Shown here: piece by piece, positions 8,602 through 18,727 of the stretch | Numbering within the stretch: position 1 is the stretch's first letter | Layout: every line of letters begins with the position of its first letter | Assembly: GCA_963746845.1 (NCBI GenBank) | Contig: CAVVCZ010000004.1 | Location: forward strand, 1,184,001 to 1,248,000 | DNA length: 64,000 bases | Direction: 5' to 3' | Source of the DNA: an uncultured Chloroflexia bacterium | Lineage (GTDB): Bacteria > Chloroflexota > Limnocylindria > Limnocylindrales > CSP1-4 | Notes under the pieces: generated by a model | The model's input: only the letters and a program-made list of their open reading frames with translations | Database searches by the model: none | Told to the model about the DNA's origin: nothing | Position numbers and translations under genes: made by a program

Positions 8602-10434
8602 CTACTCGACCGTGACCGACTTCGCGAGGTTGCGCGGCTGGTCGACGTCCGTGCCGCGCGCGAGGGCCACGTAGTAGGCGAAGAGCTGGAGCGGGATGAT
8701 TCCGATCACCGGGCTGAGCGCCTCGTGGATGTCGGGCACGTACCAGACGTCGTCGGCGTAGCGGCCGATCTGCGTGTCGCCCTCGGTCGCGACCGCGATG
8801 ACCCGCGCATCGCGGGCCCGGCCCTCCATGACGTTGCTGATCACCTTGTCGTAGACCCGTGACCGGGTCGCGACGGCGACAAGTGGGTACTCCGCGTCGA
8901 GCAGGGAGATCGGTCCGTGCTTCAGCTCGCCGGCCGCGTAGCCCTCGGCATGGACATAGCTGACTTCCTTGAGCTTCAGCGCGCCCTCGAGCGCGGTCGG
9001 CATCGCGTAGCCACGCCCGACGAACATGAAGCCGCGCGAGTTCACGTACCGGCGGGCGATGGCCGGCGCCGCCGCGGACGACGCGTCCAGGGCCCGCTGC
9101 GCCGCGTCGGGCAGCGCGTGGAGCGCCGCCGCCAGCTCGGCCTCGAGGGCCTCGCTGAACGACCCGCGGGCCTTCGCGATCGCCGCGGCGAGGATCACCA
9201 GCGTCGTGACCTGGGTCGTGAACGTCTTCGACGCGGCGACCGCGATCTCCGGCCCGGCCTGGAGGAACACGACCGCGTCGGCTTCGCGGGTGATCGCGGA
9301 CCCGACCGTGTTCGTCACCGCGACGATCGGGCAGCCGCGCTCCCGGGCATGGCGGGTCGGGGCGATCGTGTCCGCCGTCTCGCCCGACTGGGTCACCGCG
9401 ATGACGAGCGTCTTCCCGTCGAGCGGCGGCGGGCTGTAGCGGAACTCCGACCCGACGGTGGCCCGCGCCGGCAGACCGGTCCACTCCTCGAGGGCGGCGG
9501 CGCCGACCAGCGCTGCGTAGTACGCCGACCCGCAGGCCACCAGCTCGATCCGCGTCGCGGCACGGAGCCGCGCCTCGAGCCCGGCGATCTCGTCGAGCCG
9601 GATCGTGCCGTCCCGCGTGACCCGCCCGGCGATGCACTGGCGGAGCGCCTCCGGCTGCTCGTGGATCTCCTTGGCCATGAAGTGGTCGAAGCCGCCCTTC
9701 TCGGCGGCCTCGGGGGTCCAGTCGACGATCGTCTCCGACCGATGGCGCGGGTTGCCGTCCACGTCGGTGATCACGACGCCGGTCGGCCGGACGTCGGCGA
9801 CGTCACCCTCCTCGAGGAAGACGATCCGGTTCGTGTGAGCGAGGATCGCGGCGACGTCGCTCGCGATGAAGCTCTCCTCGCCGTGCAGCCCCACCACGAG
9901 TGGCACGTTCTGGCGGGCGCCGACGAGACGGCTGACCTCGGCCTTGTGCATGACGACGAGCGCGTAGGCCCCGTCGAGCTGGCGGAGCGCGGCCCGGACG
10001 GCATCGGCCAGGTCGCCGGCATAGGCCTCCTCGATGAGGTGGGCGATCGCCTCCGTGTCGGTCTCGGACGTCAGGTGGTGGCCACGCGCCTCGAGCCCGT
10101 CGCGGAGCTCGCTGAAGTTCTCGATGATCCCGTTGTGGATGACCGTGACGTTGCCGGTGCAGTCCTGGTGGGGATGCGCGTTGAGGTCGTTCGGCCGGCC
10201 GTGGGTCGCCCAGCGCGTGTGGGCGAGCCCGATCGCCGCGTGCGGTGTCCGGTCGGCGATCGCCGTCTGGAGGTTCGAGAGCTTGCCGGCCTTCTTCTCG
10301 ATGAAGAGATCGCCCTCCTCGTCGACGAGGGCGATCCCCGCGGAGTCGTAGCCGCGGTACTCGAGCCGCTGGAGGCCTTCGATGAGGATCGGGCCCGCCT
10401 CCCGGGGGCCGGTGTACCCGACGATGCCGCACAT
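8602..10434 (-). CDS. glmS: Glutamine--fructose-6-phosphate transaminase (isomerizing)
   Basis: N-terminal MCGIVG, HTRWATHG and C-terminal PRNLAKSVTVE. Confidence 0.98.
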   Translation of the reverse strand: MCGIVGYTGPREAGPILIEGLQRLEYRGYDSAGIALVDEEGDLFIEKKAGKLSNLQTAIADRTPHAAIGLAHTRWATHGRPNDLNAHPHQDCTGNVTVIHNGIIENFSELRDGLEARGHHLTSETDTEAIAHLIEEAYAGDLADAVRAALRQLDGAYALVVMHKAEVSRLVGARQNVPLVVGLHGEESFIASDVAAILAHTNRIVFLEEGDVADVRPTGVVITDVDGNPRHRSETIVDWTPEAAEKGGFDHFMAKEIHEQPEALRQCIAGRVTRDGTIRLDEIAGLEARLRAATRIELVACGSAYYAALVGAAALEEWTGLPARATVGSEFRYSPPPLDGKTLVIAVTQSGETADTIAPTRHARERGCPIVAVTNTVGSAITREADAVVFLQAGPEIAVAASKTFTTQVTTLVILAAAIAKARGSFSEALEAELAAALHALPDAAQRALDASSAAAPAIARRYVNSRGFMFVGRGYAMPTALEGALKLKEVSYVHAEGYAAGELKHGPISLLDAEYPLVAVATRSRVYDKVISNVMEGRARDARVIAVATEGDTQIGRYADDVWYVPDIHEALSPVIGIIPLQLFAYYVALARGTDVDQPRNLAKSVTVE

Positions 10435-10509
10435 GTCGCTGTTCTCCTCCGCGTCCCGCGGCAGCGACCGCCGGGCCAGATCGTGTCGTGCGCCTTGCGG
10501 CGCGAGGGC

Positions 10510-11844
10510 TCAGTTTAGTCGCTCACCCGCGAGGATCGAGATCGCGTCGGCCAGCTCGGAAACAAGTGTTGCGTCCTCGCCCTCGACCATGACCCGCAGG
10601 GCGGGCTCCGTGCCGGACGGCCGGACGAGGACACGACCACCGCTGCCCAGCCGCTCCTGCGCGTCGCCGATCGCCCGCTGGATCGCCGGATCCCCCTCCC
10701 ACTGGTCCTTGTGACGGGCCTTGACCGCTCGCTGCTGCTGCGGCAGGAGCGGGATCCGTGAGGCGAGCTCGGCCAGCGGCCGGCCCGTGCGCGTCATCAC
10801 CCGGAGGACCTCGAGCGCGGTGACGATCCCGTCGCCGGACGTCGTGTGCTCGAGGACGATGACGTGGCCGCTTTTCTCGCCGCCGAGGCCGGCCCCGGAC
10901 ACCTGCATCCCCTCGAGGATGTACTTGTCGCCGACCGGCGTCCGGATGACGTGGCCACCGGCGCCTTCAACGGCGGACTGGAGCCCGCCGTTCGACAGCA
11001 CCGACACGACCAGGGCGCCGTGCGGAAGCACGCCGCGCTCGAGTCGGTCCAGGGCGAGCACCCCAAGCACCTGGTCGCCGTCGACGACCTCGCCGGTGGC
11101 ATCGACCGCGATCAGCCGGTCCGCGTCGCCGTCGAGGGCAAACCCGATGTCAGCGCCACGCTCGCGGACCGCCCGGGCAAGCGACGCGGGCGCCGTCGCC
11201 CCGGCGGCGACGTTGATGTTGATCCCGTCCGGGTCGTTGTGGATCGCCTCGACGGTCGCCCCCGTGGCCGCGAGGATCTCCGGCCCGACGACGCCACCGG
11301 AGCCGTTGGCGCAGTCCAGCACGATCCGCAGGCCGGCTGCCGGGACGGACCGGGCGAGCCCGAGCCGATGGCCGCGATACCGGTCGAGCAGGGACGGATC
11401 CACGACCGATCGTCCGATCTCGGCATTGCCGACCGATCCGAGCTCCTCGGTGCGCCAGATCAGCGCCTCGATCTCGTCCTCGACGCTGTCGTCGAGCTTG
11501 AGCCCGTTCGCGTCGAGGACCTTCAACCCGTTGTCGTCGGCGGGATTGTGCGAGGCCGAGACCATGATGCCCGCAGCGAAGTCGTCGGTCCCTGCCAGGA
11601 ACGCCAGCGCCGGCGTCGGGACGCAGCCCGCGATCCGGACGTCTGTGCCAAGGCTGGTCGCCCCGGCCGAGATCGCGGCCACGAACATGTCGCCCGAGCG
11701 ACGGGTGTCCTGCCCGACCACGAGCTGCCCGCCCTTCCCGACGAGGCGATGCGCCGTCGCCCGCCCGAGCGCGTAGGCGAGGGTCGGCTTGAGCTCGAGG
11801 TTCGCGACACCGCGGATCCCGTCGGTGCCGAACAGGCGGGGCAT
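10510..11844 (-). CDS. glmM: Phosphoglucosamine mutase
   Basis: FGTDGIRG, SASHNP, DGDADR and RPSGTEP motifs. Confidence 0.97.
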   Translation of the reverse strand: MPRLFGTDGIRGVANLELKPTLAYALGRATAHRLVGKGGQLVVGQDTRRSGDMFVAAISAGATSLGTDVRIAGCVPTPALAFLAGTDDFAAGIMVSASHNPADDNGLKVLDANGLKLDDSVEDEIEALIWRTEELGSVGNAEIGRSVVDPSLLDRYRGHRLGLARSVPAAGLRIVLDCANGSGGVVGPEILAATGATVEAIHNDPDGININVAAGATAPASLARAVRERGADIGFALDGDADRLIAVDATGEVVDGDQVLGVLALDRLERGVLPHGALVVSVLSNGGLQSAVEGAGGHVIRTPVGDKYILEGMQVSGAGLGGEKSGHVIVLEHTTSGDGIVTALEVLRVMTRTGRPLAELASRIPLLPQQQRAVKARHKDQWEGDPAIQRAIGDAQERLGSGGRVLVRPSGTEPALRVMVEGEDATLVSELADAISILAGERLN

Positions 11845-11845
11845 G

Positions 11846-13075
11846 TCAGGGAGCCGCCGGCGACGGGCTGGCGGGCGCGGTCACCGTCACGCTGACGGTG
11901 GTCGGCGTCACCGAGAGCACGCGGAGACCCGCCTGGACGTTGGGGACCGGCTGGATCTCGTGGACTCCCGGTCCGAGACCCGCGACATCGACGGTGATCG
12001 TGAAGGCCGCCGGATCGATCCGGTCGAGGTCGGCCACGGGGCCGCCGAGCGTCACCTGGACGCTGCCGGTCGACAGCGTGTAGCCGTAGCCGGGCTGCCG
12101 CCCGGACAACACGAGCGCGGCCTCGAACGTGCGGGTGCCCTGCTTCGGCAGGATCTCGACCGTGACGTGGACCGTGGTCACGTTGAGGGCGATGACGCCC
12201 GGCGGCAGCGCGAGCGCGACCGGCGTGTCGATCGAGCCGGTCGCCGTGCTGACCGGGATCGGGGCCGTGTCCGCGGTCGTGAGCGAGGACAGCGCCGCCG
12301 CGTCGCCCTGGACGGTCACGTTGACCGGCTCGACCGTCACCGGACCGACCTCGTAGCCGGCCGGCGGCGTGCCGACGACGGCGGGATGCACCGGGATCGT
12401 CTTCGACTGCGCATTGCTGATGACGTCGATCCGCACATGGACCGTCTTCGGGTCGACGTTGACCGGTCGGAGCTCGTTGCCCTGGTTGTCGACCGGGATC
12501 AGCGGGACATCGCGATCAACGGACAGCCCGTGCGGGTCGATGGCCACGTCGGCCTGGGCCGCGACGACGTACTTCACGACCGAGTCGGGCCCCGACACCT
12601 TCGCGGTCTCCTGGGTCAGCTGCGGCGTTCCGACCTGGAGGTCGGGCGGCGTCGTCCCCGTGTCGACCGTGATCGGCACCGTGTATGTCGTGTACGGATC
12701 GAGCTGGACGTTGACCGCCCGGGGCTCGTAGTCGATGACGATGAAGCGGGGGTCGACCGAGGTCACATGGACCGTCTGGTACGACGAACCTGCGTTCGGA
12801 TCGACGCCGGCGAGGTCGACCGTGGCCAGCCACGTGTCGGGCGTCGGACCCGAGCCGACGTCGCCGTTGACGATGTACCGGATCCGGGTGACCGGTGGCA
12901 GGTTGCCGAGGACCACGGCGTCCTGGGGCTGGTTGAGGATCCGGATCGGGACGGGGCTCGTGAACTCGAACTGGCTCTGCGACACGACCAGGCCGGCATA
13001 CAGCAGGAATGCCAGGGCGATCGCCAGGAGCTTGAGCGGCCAGTTGTGGACGACGAGACCGACGAGTCGCTTCAC
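11846..13075 (-). CDS. cdaR: CdaR/YbbR-domain regulator of diadenylate cyclase
   Basis: N-terminal membrane anchor (NWPLKLLAIALAFLLY) followed by repeated Val/Pro-rich beta domains; position between cdaA and glmM. Confidence 0.85.
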   Translation of the reverse strand: MKRLVGLVVHNWPLKLLAIALAFLLYAGLVVSQSQFEFTSPVPIRILNQPQDAVVLGNLPPVTRIRYIVNGDVGSGPTPDTWLATVDLAGVDPNAGSSYQTVHVTSVDPRFIVIDYEPRAVNVQLDPYTTYTVPITVDTGTTPPDLQVGTPQLTQETAKVSGPDSVVKYVVAAQADVAIDPHGLSVDRDVPLIPVDNQGNELRPVNVDPKTVHVRIDVISNAQSKTIPVHPAVVGTPPAGYEVGPVTVEPVNVTVQGDAAALSSLTTADTAPIPVSTATGSIDTPVALALPPGVIALNVTTVHVTVEILPKQGTRTFEAALVLSGRQPGYGYTLSTGSVQVTLGGPVADLDRIDPAAFTITVDVAGLGPGVHEIQPVPNVQAGLRVLSVTPTTVSVTVTAPASPSPAAP

Positions 13076-14037
13076 CTGGGCGCTCGGGCCGCCGCTGCTG
13101 CGTCTTCGTCCACGACCTTGGCTGTCCCGTTCGAGGACGTGGCCGACGTCCCGTTCGAGCGACTCCGCCCGACCAGGTGACCGAGATCGCTCAGCCGCGG
13201 GGCCCGGCCGCCGAAGTCGCCGGTCGAGCCGAGGCGGCGCCCGATCCGGCCGCGGGCGCGGTCCGGCGCGAGGAGGGCCCGGATCGCCTTCACGAGCTGC
13301 GGCTGGCCGAGGTTGCGGACGATCCGCGCCCGCTCGACGAGGCTGACCTGGCCGTTCTCCTCGGAGACGACGATCACGACCGCGTCGGTCTGCTCGGTGA
13401 TCCCGAGCGCGGCCCGGTGGCGGGTCCCGAACCGCTCCGTGTGGACCGTCATCTCGGCGAGCGGCAGGAGCGCCCCGGCCGCGAGGATCGTGTCGTCGCG
13501 GATGATCACCGCGCCGTCATGGAGCGGCGTGCGCGGGGCGAACAGCGTCCGGAGGAGATCCGAGCTGATGTCGGCGTGGAGCATCACGCCGGTCTCGGCG
13601 ACCTCCTCGAGGCCCGTCTCCCGCTCGAGGACGATCAGCGCGCCGTGACCGTCCTTGGACAGCAGCGTCGCGGCCCGTGCGACCTCGTCCGCGACGTGGA
13701 CCACGGTCCGTGCCTCGGTCGACGAGAAGAGCCAGTTGAAGGACCCGACGCGTCCGACCCGCTCCAGCGCCCGGCGCAGCTCCGGCTGGAACACCACGAC
13801 GAGCGCGAACAGCCCGACGACGGCCAGGGTCTGGAGGATCTGGGTGAGCAGCCGGAGGTCGAACGCCCGGGCAGCGGCGTACACCGCGAACAGGACGCTG
13901 ACGCCGATGACGAGGCTGACGGCGCGGGTCCCGCGGATCAGGCTGAACAGCCAGTAGATCAGCAGCGCCGTGATCCCGATGTCGATCAGCGCGGTCAGGT
14001 CGATCTGGTCGACGATGGACCTGAGAAGCTCCGGCAT
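13072..14037 (-). CDS. cdaA: Membrane-bound diadenylate cyclase CdaA/DacA
   Basis: Three N-terminal TM helices, FQPELRRALE, LHDGA and GTRHRAA catalytic motifs. Confidence 0.95.
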   Translation of the reverse strand: MPELLRSIVDQIDLTALIDIGITALLIYWLFSLIRGTRAVSLVIGVSVLFAVYAAARAFDLRLLTQILQTLAVVGLFALVVVFQPELRRALERVGRVGSFNWLFSSTEARTVVHVADEVARAATLLSKDGHGALIVLERETGLEEVAETGVMLHADISSDLLRTLFAPRTPLHDGAVIIRDDTILAAGALLPLAEMTVHTERFGTRHRAALGITEQTDAVVIVVSEENGQVSLVERARIVRNLGQPQLVKAIRALLAPDRARGRIGRRLGSTGDFGGRAPRLSDLGHLVGRSRSNGTSATSSNGTAKVVDEDAAAAARAPR

Positions 14038-14114
14038 CGTTCGTGCAGTCTACATCGCGGGGGCAGGCGGACAGCCGCTCGGGCGGTCCGCCGCCCGCGT
14101 GGGCGACGTGGTTC

Positions 14115-15434
14115 TCAGGCGCACAGCTCCGCGACGCGCGGCTCGTCGGCCAGACGCGTTGTGACGAGCTCGCACAGGCGCCGCCGGGTGTCGGCGTCGG
14201 CGTCGAGCTCGGCGATCCGGCCCAGGAGCAGGAGCTTGTCGGCGGCCTGGCTGCGCCAGCCCCGGTCGAGGTACAGCTCGGACAGGAGCAGATGGAGATC
14301 GGGGTCGGACGGGGCGAGGCCGATCGCTAGGTAGCAGGCGTCGATCGCGGCCACGAGCCGGCCGGCTCGGCGATGGGCTCGCGCCGCGGCGAGGAGACCG
14401 GCATGGGCCTCCTCGAGCTCGCCGGCGTACAGATGGGCCTCGGCCGCCGCGCCGAGCGCGATGCCGAGACCGATCGGCTCGACGACCTCGAGCTCGGGCT
14501 CGGCCGGGACCGTCGCGGGCTCGGCCGGGACCGTCGCGGGCTCGGCCGGGACCGGCTCGGCCTCGGCGGCCGCAGCCGGTTCGGGTTCGGGCTCCGCTCC
14601 GGCATCAGGCGGCTCCGGGGCGGGCTCGGCTGCGGCGACGACCGGCGCCGGTTCGGCATCGGACGCAGGCGCCTCCGTGACCGCCTCGGGCTCCGGGGCG
14701 GGCTCGGGCTCGGGCTCGGCCGGCTCGGGCTCCGGGGCGTTGGCTTCCTCGACGGGCTCGGGCTCGGGCTCCGGGGCGGGCTCTGCCACCGCCGGCTCCA
14801 ACAGCCGGAGCGCCTGGGACAGCGCACGCTGGGCCGCCTCGTCGCCCGGCGACGCTTCGCTCAGCCGGGCGGTCAGCTCCTCGACATGGGACCGCCGGGC
14901 CCGCGATTCGGCCAGCTCGAGCGACCGCCGGGCGGCGTCGGTCGCGTCGGCCAGCCGGCCGGCATCGTCCAGGGCGTCAGCCAGGCGATCCAGCGCATCG
15001 GCCGCCGCGGTCCGGCGCCCGAGGCGGGCCAGGGTCTCGGCGATCCCGCGCAGGGCGACTTCGTCCTTCGGTGCGAGGGCGAGGGCGCGTTCGTAGGCCG
15101 CCACCGCGTCGGCGGGCCGGTTCATCTTCGCGAGGATCCCGCCCATGCTCGCGTGCGGCAGCGCCCGGTCCGGCGCGATCGATGCGGCCTCGCCGTAGGC
15201 ATCGATCGCCGCGTCGTTCCGACCGCGGAGCGCCGCGACGTGACCGCGTCGGAGCGCGTCCTTGTACCGCTCGTAGAGCGCCGCGGAGCCCAACGGGACC
15301 CGGGCCGTCGCGCTCGGCCGCGACGTCGTCCCGGACCGCGGCGTCACCCGTGGCCCCCCCTTGCCCGCCAGCCCGTCCTGCTCGGCGCCGGTCGGCCAGG
15401 CGGACTTCCGGTCCGGATCCTTCGCCGGGCTCAT
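14115..15434 (-). CDS. Tetratricopeptide-repeat protein with a central Pro/Glu/Ala-rich linker
   Basis: TPR-like helices (AIDAYGEAASIAPD, AVAAYERALALAPKD) on both sides of an EPEPEP linker. The ATG overlaps the argF stop. Confidence 0.8.
   Translation of the reverse strand: MSPAKDPDRKSAWPTGAEQDGLAGKGGPRVTPRSGTTSRPSATARVPLGSAALYERYKDALRRGHVAALRGRNDAAIDAYGEAASIAPDRALPHASMGGILAKMNRPADAVAAYERALALAPKDEVALRGIAETLARLGRRTAAADALDRLADALDDAGRLADATDAARRSLELAESRARRSHVEELTARLSEASPGDEAAQRALSQALRLLEPAVAEPAPEPEPEPVEEANAPEPEPAEPEPEPAPEPEAVTEAPASDAEPAPVVAAAEPAPEPPDAGAEPEPEPAAAAEAEPVPAEPATVPAEPATVPAEPELEVVEPIGLGIALGAAAEAHLYAGELEEAHAGLLAAARAHRRAGRLVAAIDACYLAIGLAPSDPDLHLLLSELYLDRGWRSQAADKLLLLGRIAELDADADTRRRLCELVTTRLADEPRVAELCA
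14496..14554. repeat. 21-bp in-frame tandem repeat (about 2.8 copies) encoding VPAEPAT
   Basis: GGGCTCGGCCGGGACCGTCGC repeated directly. Confidence 0.85.
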
Positions 15435-16402
15435 CCGCCGAGGATCTCGACGAGGAGGGCCTTCTGGACGTGGAGGCGGTTCTCAGACTGGTCCCAGATG
15501 ATGCTCCGCGGACCGTCCATCACCGCAGAGGTGATCTCCTCGCCGCGGTGGGCCGGCAGGCAGTGCATTGCGACGGCGCTCGGCCCCGCGGTCTCGAGCA
15601 GCGCTTCGTCGACCTGGTAGTCCGCGAACGCGTCGCGTCGGGCCTCGGTCTCGGCCTCCTGGCCCATCGAGGTCCAGGCATCCGTGTACACGACGTCGGC
15701 GCCGCGGACCACCTGGGCCGGGTTGCGTCCGAAGACGAGGATTCCGCCGGTGGCGGCCGCCAGGGCCTCGGCCCGCTCGACGATCCGTGGGTTCGGGCCG
15801 TACTCGGCCGGATGGGCGAGCCGGACTTCCATCCCGAGCATGGCGCCGAGCAGCGCGAGCGAGTGGTACACGTTGTTGCCGTCGCCGACGAACGCGAGGA
15901 CGCGGCCGCGCAGGTCGCCGAAGCGCTCGCGGAGCGTGAAGATGTCGGCCAGGGCCTGGCACGGGTGCTCGCGCAGGGTCAGGCCGTTGATCACGGGGAT
16001 CGAGGCCTGCGCGGCGAGCTCGACGACGACCTCGTGCGGGCCCGTGCGGGCGACGATCGCGTCGACGAACCGGTCGAGGTTCCGGGCGACATCGCGGACG
16101 CTCTCCCGGGCCCCCATCACGACGTCCTCGGTCAGGTAGATCGCCTGCCCGCCGAGCTGGTTCATCCCGGCCTCGAACGTGACCCGGGTCCGGAGGCTCG
16201 GCTTCTGGAACAGCATCGCCAGGGTCCGCCCCGCCAGCGGCGTGGCGCCCGGGGCGTCGTGGTCGCGCCGAGCCCGGTCCTCGGCCTTCAGGCGGGCGGC
16301 GCGCTCGAAGAGCCGCTCGACCTCGCCGGTCGACAGGTCGGCCACGGACAGCAGGTCCCGTCCGCGCAGCGACACTCCGGAACCGGCAACGGCATTCACC
16401 AC
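15431..16402 (-). CDS. argF: Ornithine carbamoyltransferase
   Basis: SLRT, HPCQ, GDGNN, DAWTSMG and HCLP motifs. Confidence 0.93.
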   Translation of the reverse strand: MVNAVAGSGVSLRGRDLLSVADLSTGEVERLFERAARLKAEDRARRDHDAPGATPLAGRTLAMLFQKPSLRTRVTFEAGMNQLGGQAIYLTEDVVMGARESVRDVARNLDRFVDAIVARTGPHEVVVELAAQASIPVINGLTLREHPCQALADIFTLRERFGDLRGRVLAFVGDGNNVYHSLALLGAMLGMEVRLAHPAEYGPNPRIVERAEALAAATGGILVFGRNPAQVVRGADVVYTDAWTSMGQEAETEARRDAFADYQVDEALLETAGPSAVAMHCLPAHRGEEITSAVMDGPRSIIWDQSENRLHVQKALLVEILGG

Positions 16403-16405
16403 GCC

Positions 16406-16411
16406 ATGCTA
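16406..16411 (-). promoter_or_regulatory. Putative -10 element (TAGCAT) directly upstream of argF (leaderless)
   Basis: TAGCAT lies 3 nt from GTG 16402 and 6 nt from in-frame GTG 16399, with no SD. Confidence 0.45.
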
Positions 16412-16705
16412 ACGGTCAGGTCCGCCGCAGACTGCGTGACCATCGTCCCGTCGACCCCGGCCGCGACGGCCATGGGCGCGCTCGGCGCCCACCTGAGCCC
16501 TCGGTCATGCGCCCGCTGGGTCAAACGACGCCTGACGACCGTGCCGGCGGTCGATTCAGGCGCCCAGCGCAGCGTCCGACGCCGGAAGGGCCGGGAATGG
16601 GCCGAGTGAGCCCCGAGGGCGTCCTGCCGGGCGTCGTCTGACGCATCCGGCGCATGAGACGCGCCCGAGGCGGCGCGAGGCGGCGCGAGGCCGCCAGCCG
16701 CGGAC

Positions 16706-17104
16706 CTAGCGCTTGGTGTACTGCGGCGCCTTGCGGGCTCGCTTCAGGCCGTACTTCTTGCGCTCCTTCATCCGCGGGTCGCGGGTGAGGAGGCCGGCCT
16801 GGCGGAGGGGAAGCCGATTGGCGTCGGCGTCGACCTCGAGCAGGGCCCGGGCGATGCCATGGCGGATCGCCCCGGCCTGGCCGGTGACCCCGCCGCCCTC
16901 AACCTTGATCATCGCGTTGAAGTGGCCCTCGGTGCCGGTCACGCGGAAGGGCATCCGGACGTCCGACTCGTTCACCGCGTTGCCAAAATGCTCCTCGAGC
17001 GTCCGGCCGTTGATGACGATCTCGCCCTCACCGGGCAGGAGGCGGACACGGGCGATCGCCGTCTTGCGACGGCCTGTCCCGGAGAAGAAGGCAGGGCTGG
17101 TCAT
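16706..17104 (-). CDS. rpsI: 30S ribosomal protein S9
   Basis: [12 protein letters not shown] and [19 protein letters not shown]. Confidence 0.98.
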   Translation of the reverse strand: MTSPAFFSGTGRRKTAIARVRLLPGEGEIVINGRTLEEHFGNAVNESDVRMPFRVTGTEGHFNAMIKVEGGGVTGQAGAIRHGIARALLEVDADANRLPLRQAGLLTRDPRMKERKKYGLKRARKAPQYTKR

Positions 17105-17117
17105 CGATGACTCCTCG

Positions 17118-17549
17118 TCAGGCGAGCGGCTCAGGCCGCTGGGCCTGATGGGGGTGGTCGGTGCCGGCGTAGACCTTCAGCTTGCGGAGCTGCTGCACGC
17201 CCAGGCGATTGCGCGGCAGCATCCCCTTGACGGCCCGCCGGATGACCTCCTCGGGACGGCGCTCCAGGAGATGACCGAGGGTCTCCTCCTTGTAGCCCTG
17301 GGGGTGGCCGCTGTGGCGGATGTAGAGCTTCGTTTCCTTCTTGTTGCTCGTCACCGCAATCCGAGACGCGTTCAGGACGATGACGTGATCGCCTGAGTCG
17401 AGGTTCGGCGTGTACGTCGGCTTGTGCTTGCCCTCGAGCACGCGCGCGATGCGCGAGGCGAGGCGACCGAGGGTCTCGTCCGCCGCGTCGACGACGTACC
17501 AGCGCCGCTCGATCTCGCTCTCGCGGACCGTGTAGGTCTTCGTGCTCAT
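17118..17549 (-). CDS. rplM: 50S ribosomal protein L13
   Basis: [21 protein letters not shown] and KGMLP. Confidence 0.98.
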   Translation of the reverse strand: MSTKTYTVRESEIERRWYVVDAADETLGRLASRIARVLEGKHKPTYTPNLDSGDHVIVLNASRIAVTSNKKETKLYIRHSGHPQGYKEETLGHLLERRPEEVIRRAVKGMLPRNRLGVQQLRKLKVYAGTDHPHQAQRPEPLA

Positions 17550-18331
17550 CGTTCTTCGTTCGTCTCCGTCTGTTCGGTCATCCCTCGCCGCCGTCCGAGG
17601 ACGACCCGGCGAAGGCAGAGTCCCTTGGCCGGCGCCGCAACGCCGTTCCTGGCCGGTTGCCGGGCGGCGAGCGCCTCCCGGACCTCTGCTTCCGTCATCG
17701 TTCCGTGCCCGACCTCGAGGAGGACGGCCACGATCCGCCGGACCATGCCCCGGAGGAAGGCATCCGCCCTGACATCGATCGTCACGAGCGATCCCTGCCT
17801 CCGGACCCGGACCGCGTGGACGGTCCGGACCGGCGTCCGACCCTCGATCACCACCCCGAAGGCGCTGAAGTCGTGCCGGCCGACGAAGGCCTGCCCGGCT
17901 CGTTCCATCGCGGCGATGTCGAGCGGGACCCGCACCCCGAGCGCCTGACGCTCGCGAAGCGGGCTGCGCGGCCCGTTCCAGACGGTGTAGCGGTACTCCC
18001 GGTACCGCGCCGCATGACGGGGGTGGAACCCCGACGGTGCCCGGCGGACGTCGCGGATCGCGATGTCCGGCGGGAGCAGGCCGTTGATCGCCGCCCCGAG
18101 CGCGGTGGCGTCCAGCCGGCCGGCGTAGGTGAAACCGATCACCTGCCCCGCGGCGTGGACGCCGGCGTCCGTGCGGCCGGCCCCGTCGACCGGTCGGCGC
18201 TCCCCATCGCTGAGGCGGGCCAACGCGGCTTCGAGCTCTCCCTGGACCGTCCGGACTCCGGGTCGTTGGACCTGGAAGCCGGCGAAGTCGGTCCCGTCGT
18301 ATTCGACCGTGGCGCGAAAGCGCCGCGGCAC
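17546..18331 (-). CDS. truA: tRNA pseudouridine(38-40) synthase
   Basis: [19 protein letters not shown] and FLRGMVR. Confidence 0.96.
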   Translation of the reverse strand: MPRRFRATVEYDGTDFAGFQVQRPGVRTVQGELEAALARLSDGERRPVDGAGRTDAGVHAAGQVIGFTYAGRLDATALGAAINGLLPPDIAIRDVRRAPSGFHPRHAARYREYRYTVWNGPRSPLRERQALGVRVPLDIAAMERAGQAFVGRHDFSAFGVVIEGRTPVRTVHAVRVRRQGSLVTIDVRADAFLRGMVRRIVAVLLEVGHGTMTEAEVREALAARQPARNGVAAPAKGLCLRRVVLGRRRGMTEQTETNEER

Positions 18332-18372
18332 GCCCTCTCGAGCGTGTGTGGTGGTCGTGTTGTCTCGGCCCC

Positions 18373-18726
18373 CTAGACCAGCTCGATCTGGACGATCGGG
18401 GCCGCGTCGCCGCGCCGAGGGCCGATCTTGACGATCCGGGTGTACCCGGACGATCGATCGGCGTACTTGGGGGCGATCTCGTCGAACAGCTTCGTGACGA
18501 CGAGGGGCTCGTTCGGGAACTGGGCGACGACGGCCCGGCGGGCGGTCAGGTCACCCTTCTTGGCAAGCGTGATCATCCGCTCGACGCGGCCCTGGATCTC
18601 CTTGGCCTTGGCCTCGGTGGTCTGGACCCGCTCGTAGCGCAGGACGGACACGGTCAGGTTCTTGAACAGGGCCAGACGCGGCCCTCGCTTCCGGCTGAGC
18701 TTGCGGCCGTCGACGCGGTGCGCCAT
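18373..18726 (-). CDS. rplQ: 50S ribosomal protein L17
   Basis: TTEAKAK and GYTRIVK..RRGDAA. Confidence 0.97.
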   Translation of the reverse strand: MAHRVDGRKLSRKRGPRLALFKNLTVSVLRYERVQTTEAKAKEIQGRVERMITLAKKGDLTARRAVVAQFPNEPLVVTKLFDEIAPKYADRSSGYTRIVKIGPRRGDAAPIVQIELV

Positions 18727-18727
18727 C

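Noticed and set aside
10435-10509. Possible glmS ribozyme upstream of glmS
   Set aside because: The gap is only 75 nt and shows no recognisable ribozyme core.
14496-14780. Repeats in the TPR gene and rlmB considered as CRISPR or VNTR elements
   Set aside because: They are in-frame coding repeats without unique spacers, and no cas genes are present.
16412-16705. About 300-nt intergenic region with a short CGAGGCGGCG tandem repeat (about 16666-16690)
   Set aside because: No convincing ORF, known RNA motif or array; the 2.5 copies of a GC-rich 10-mer are compatible with slippage.
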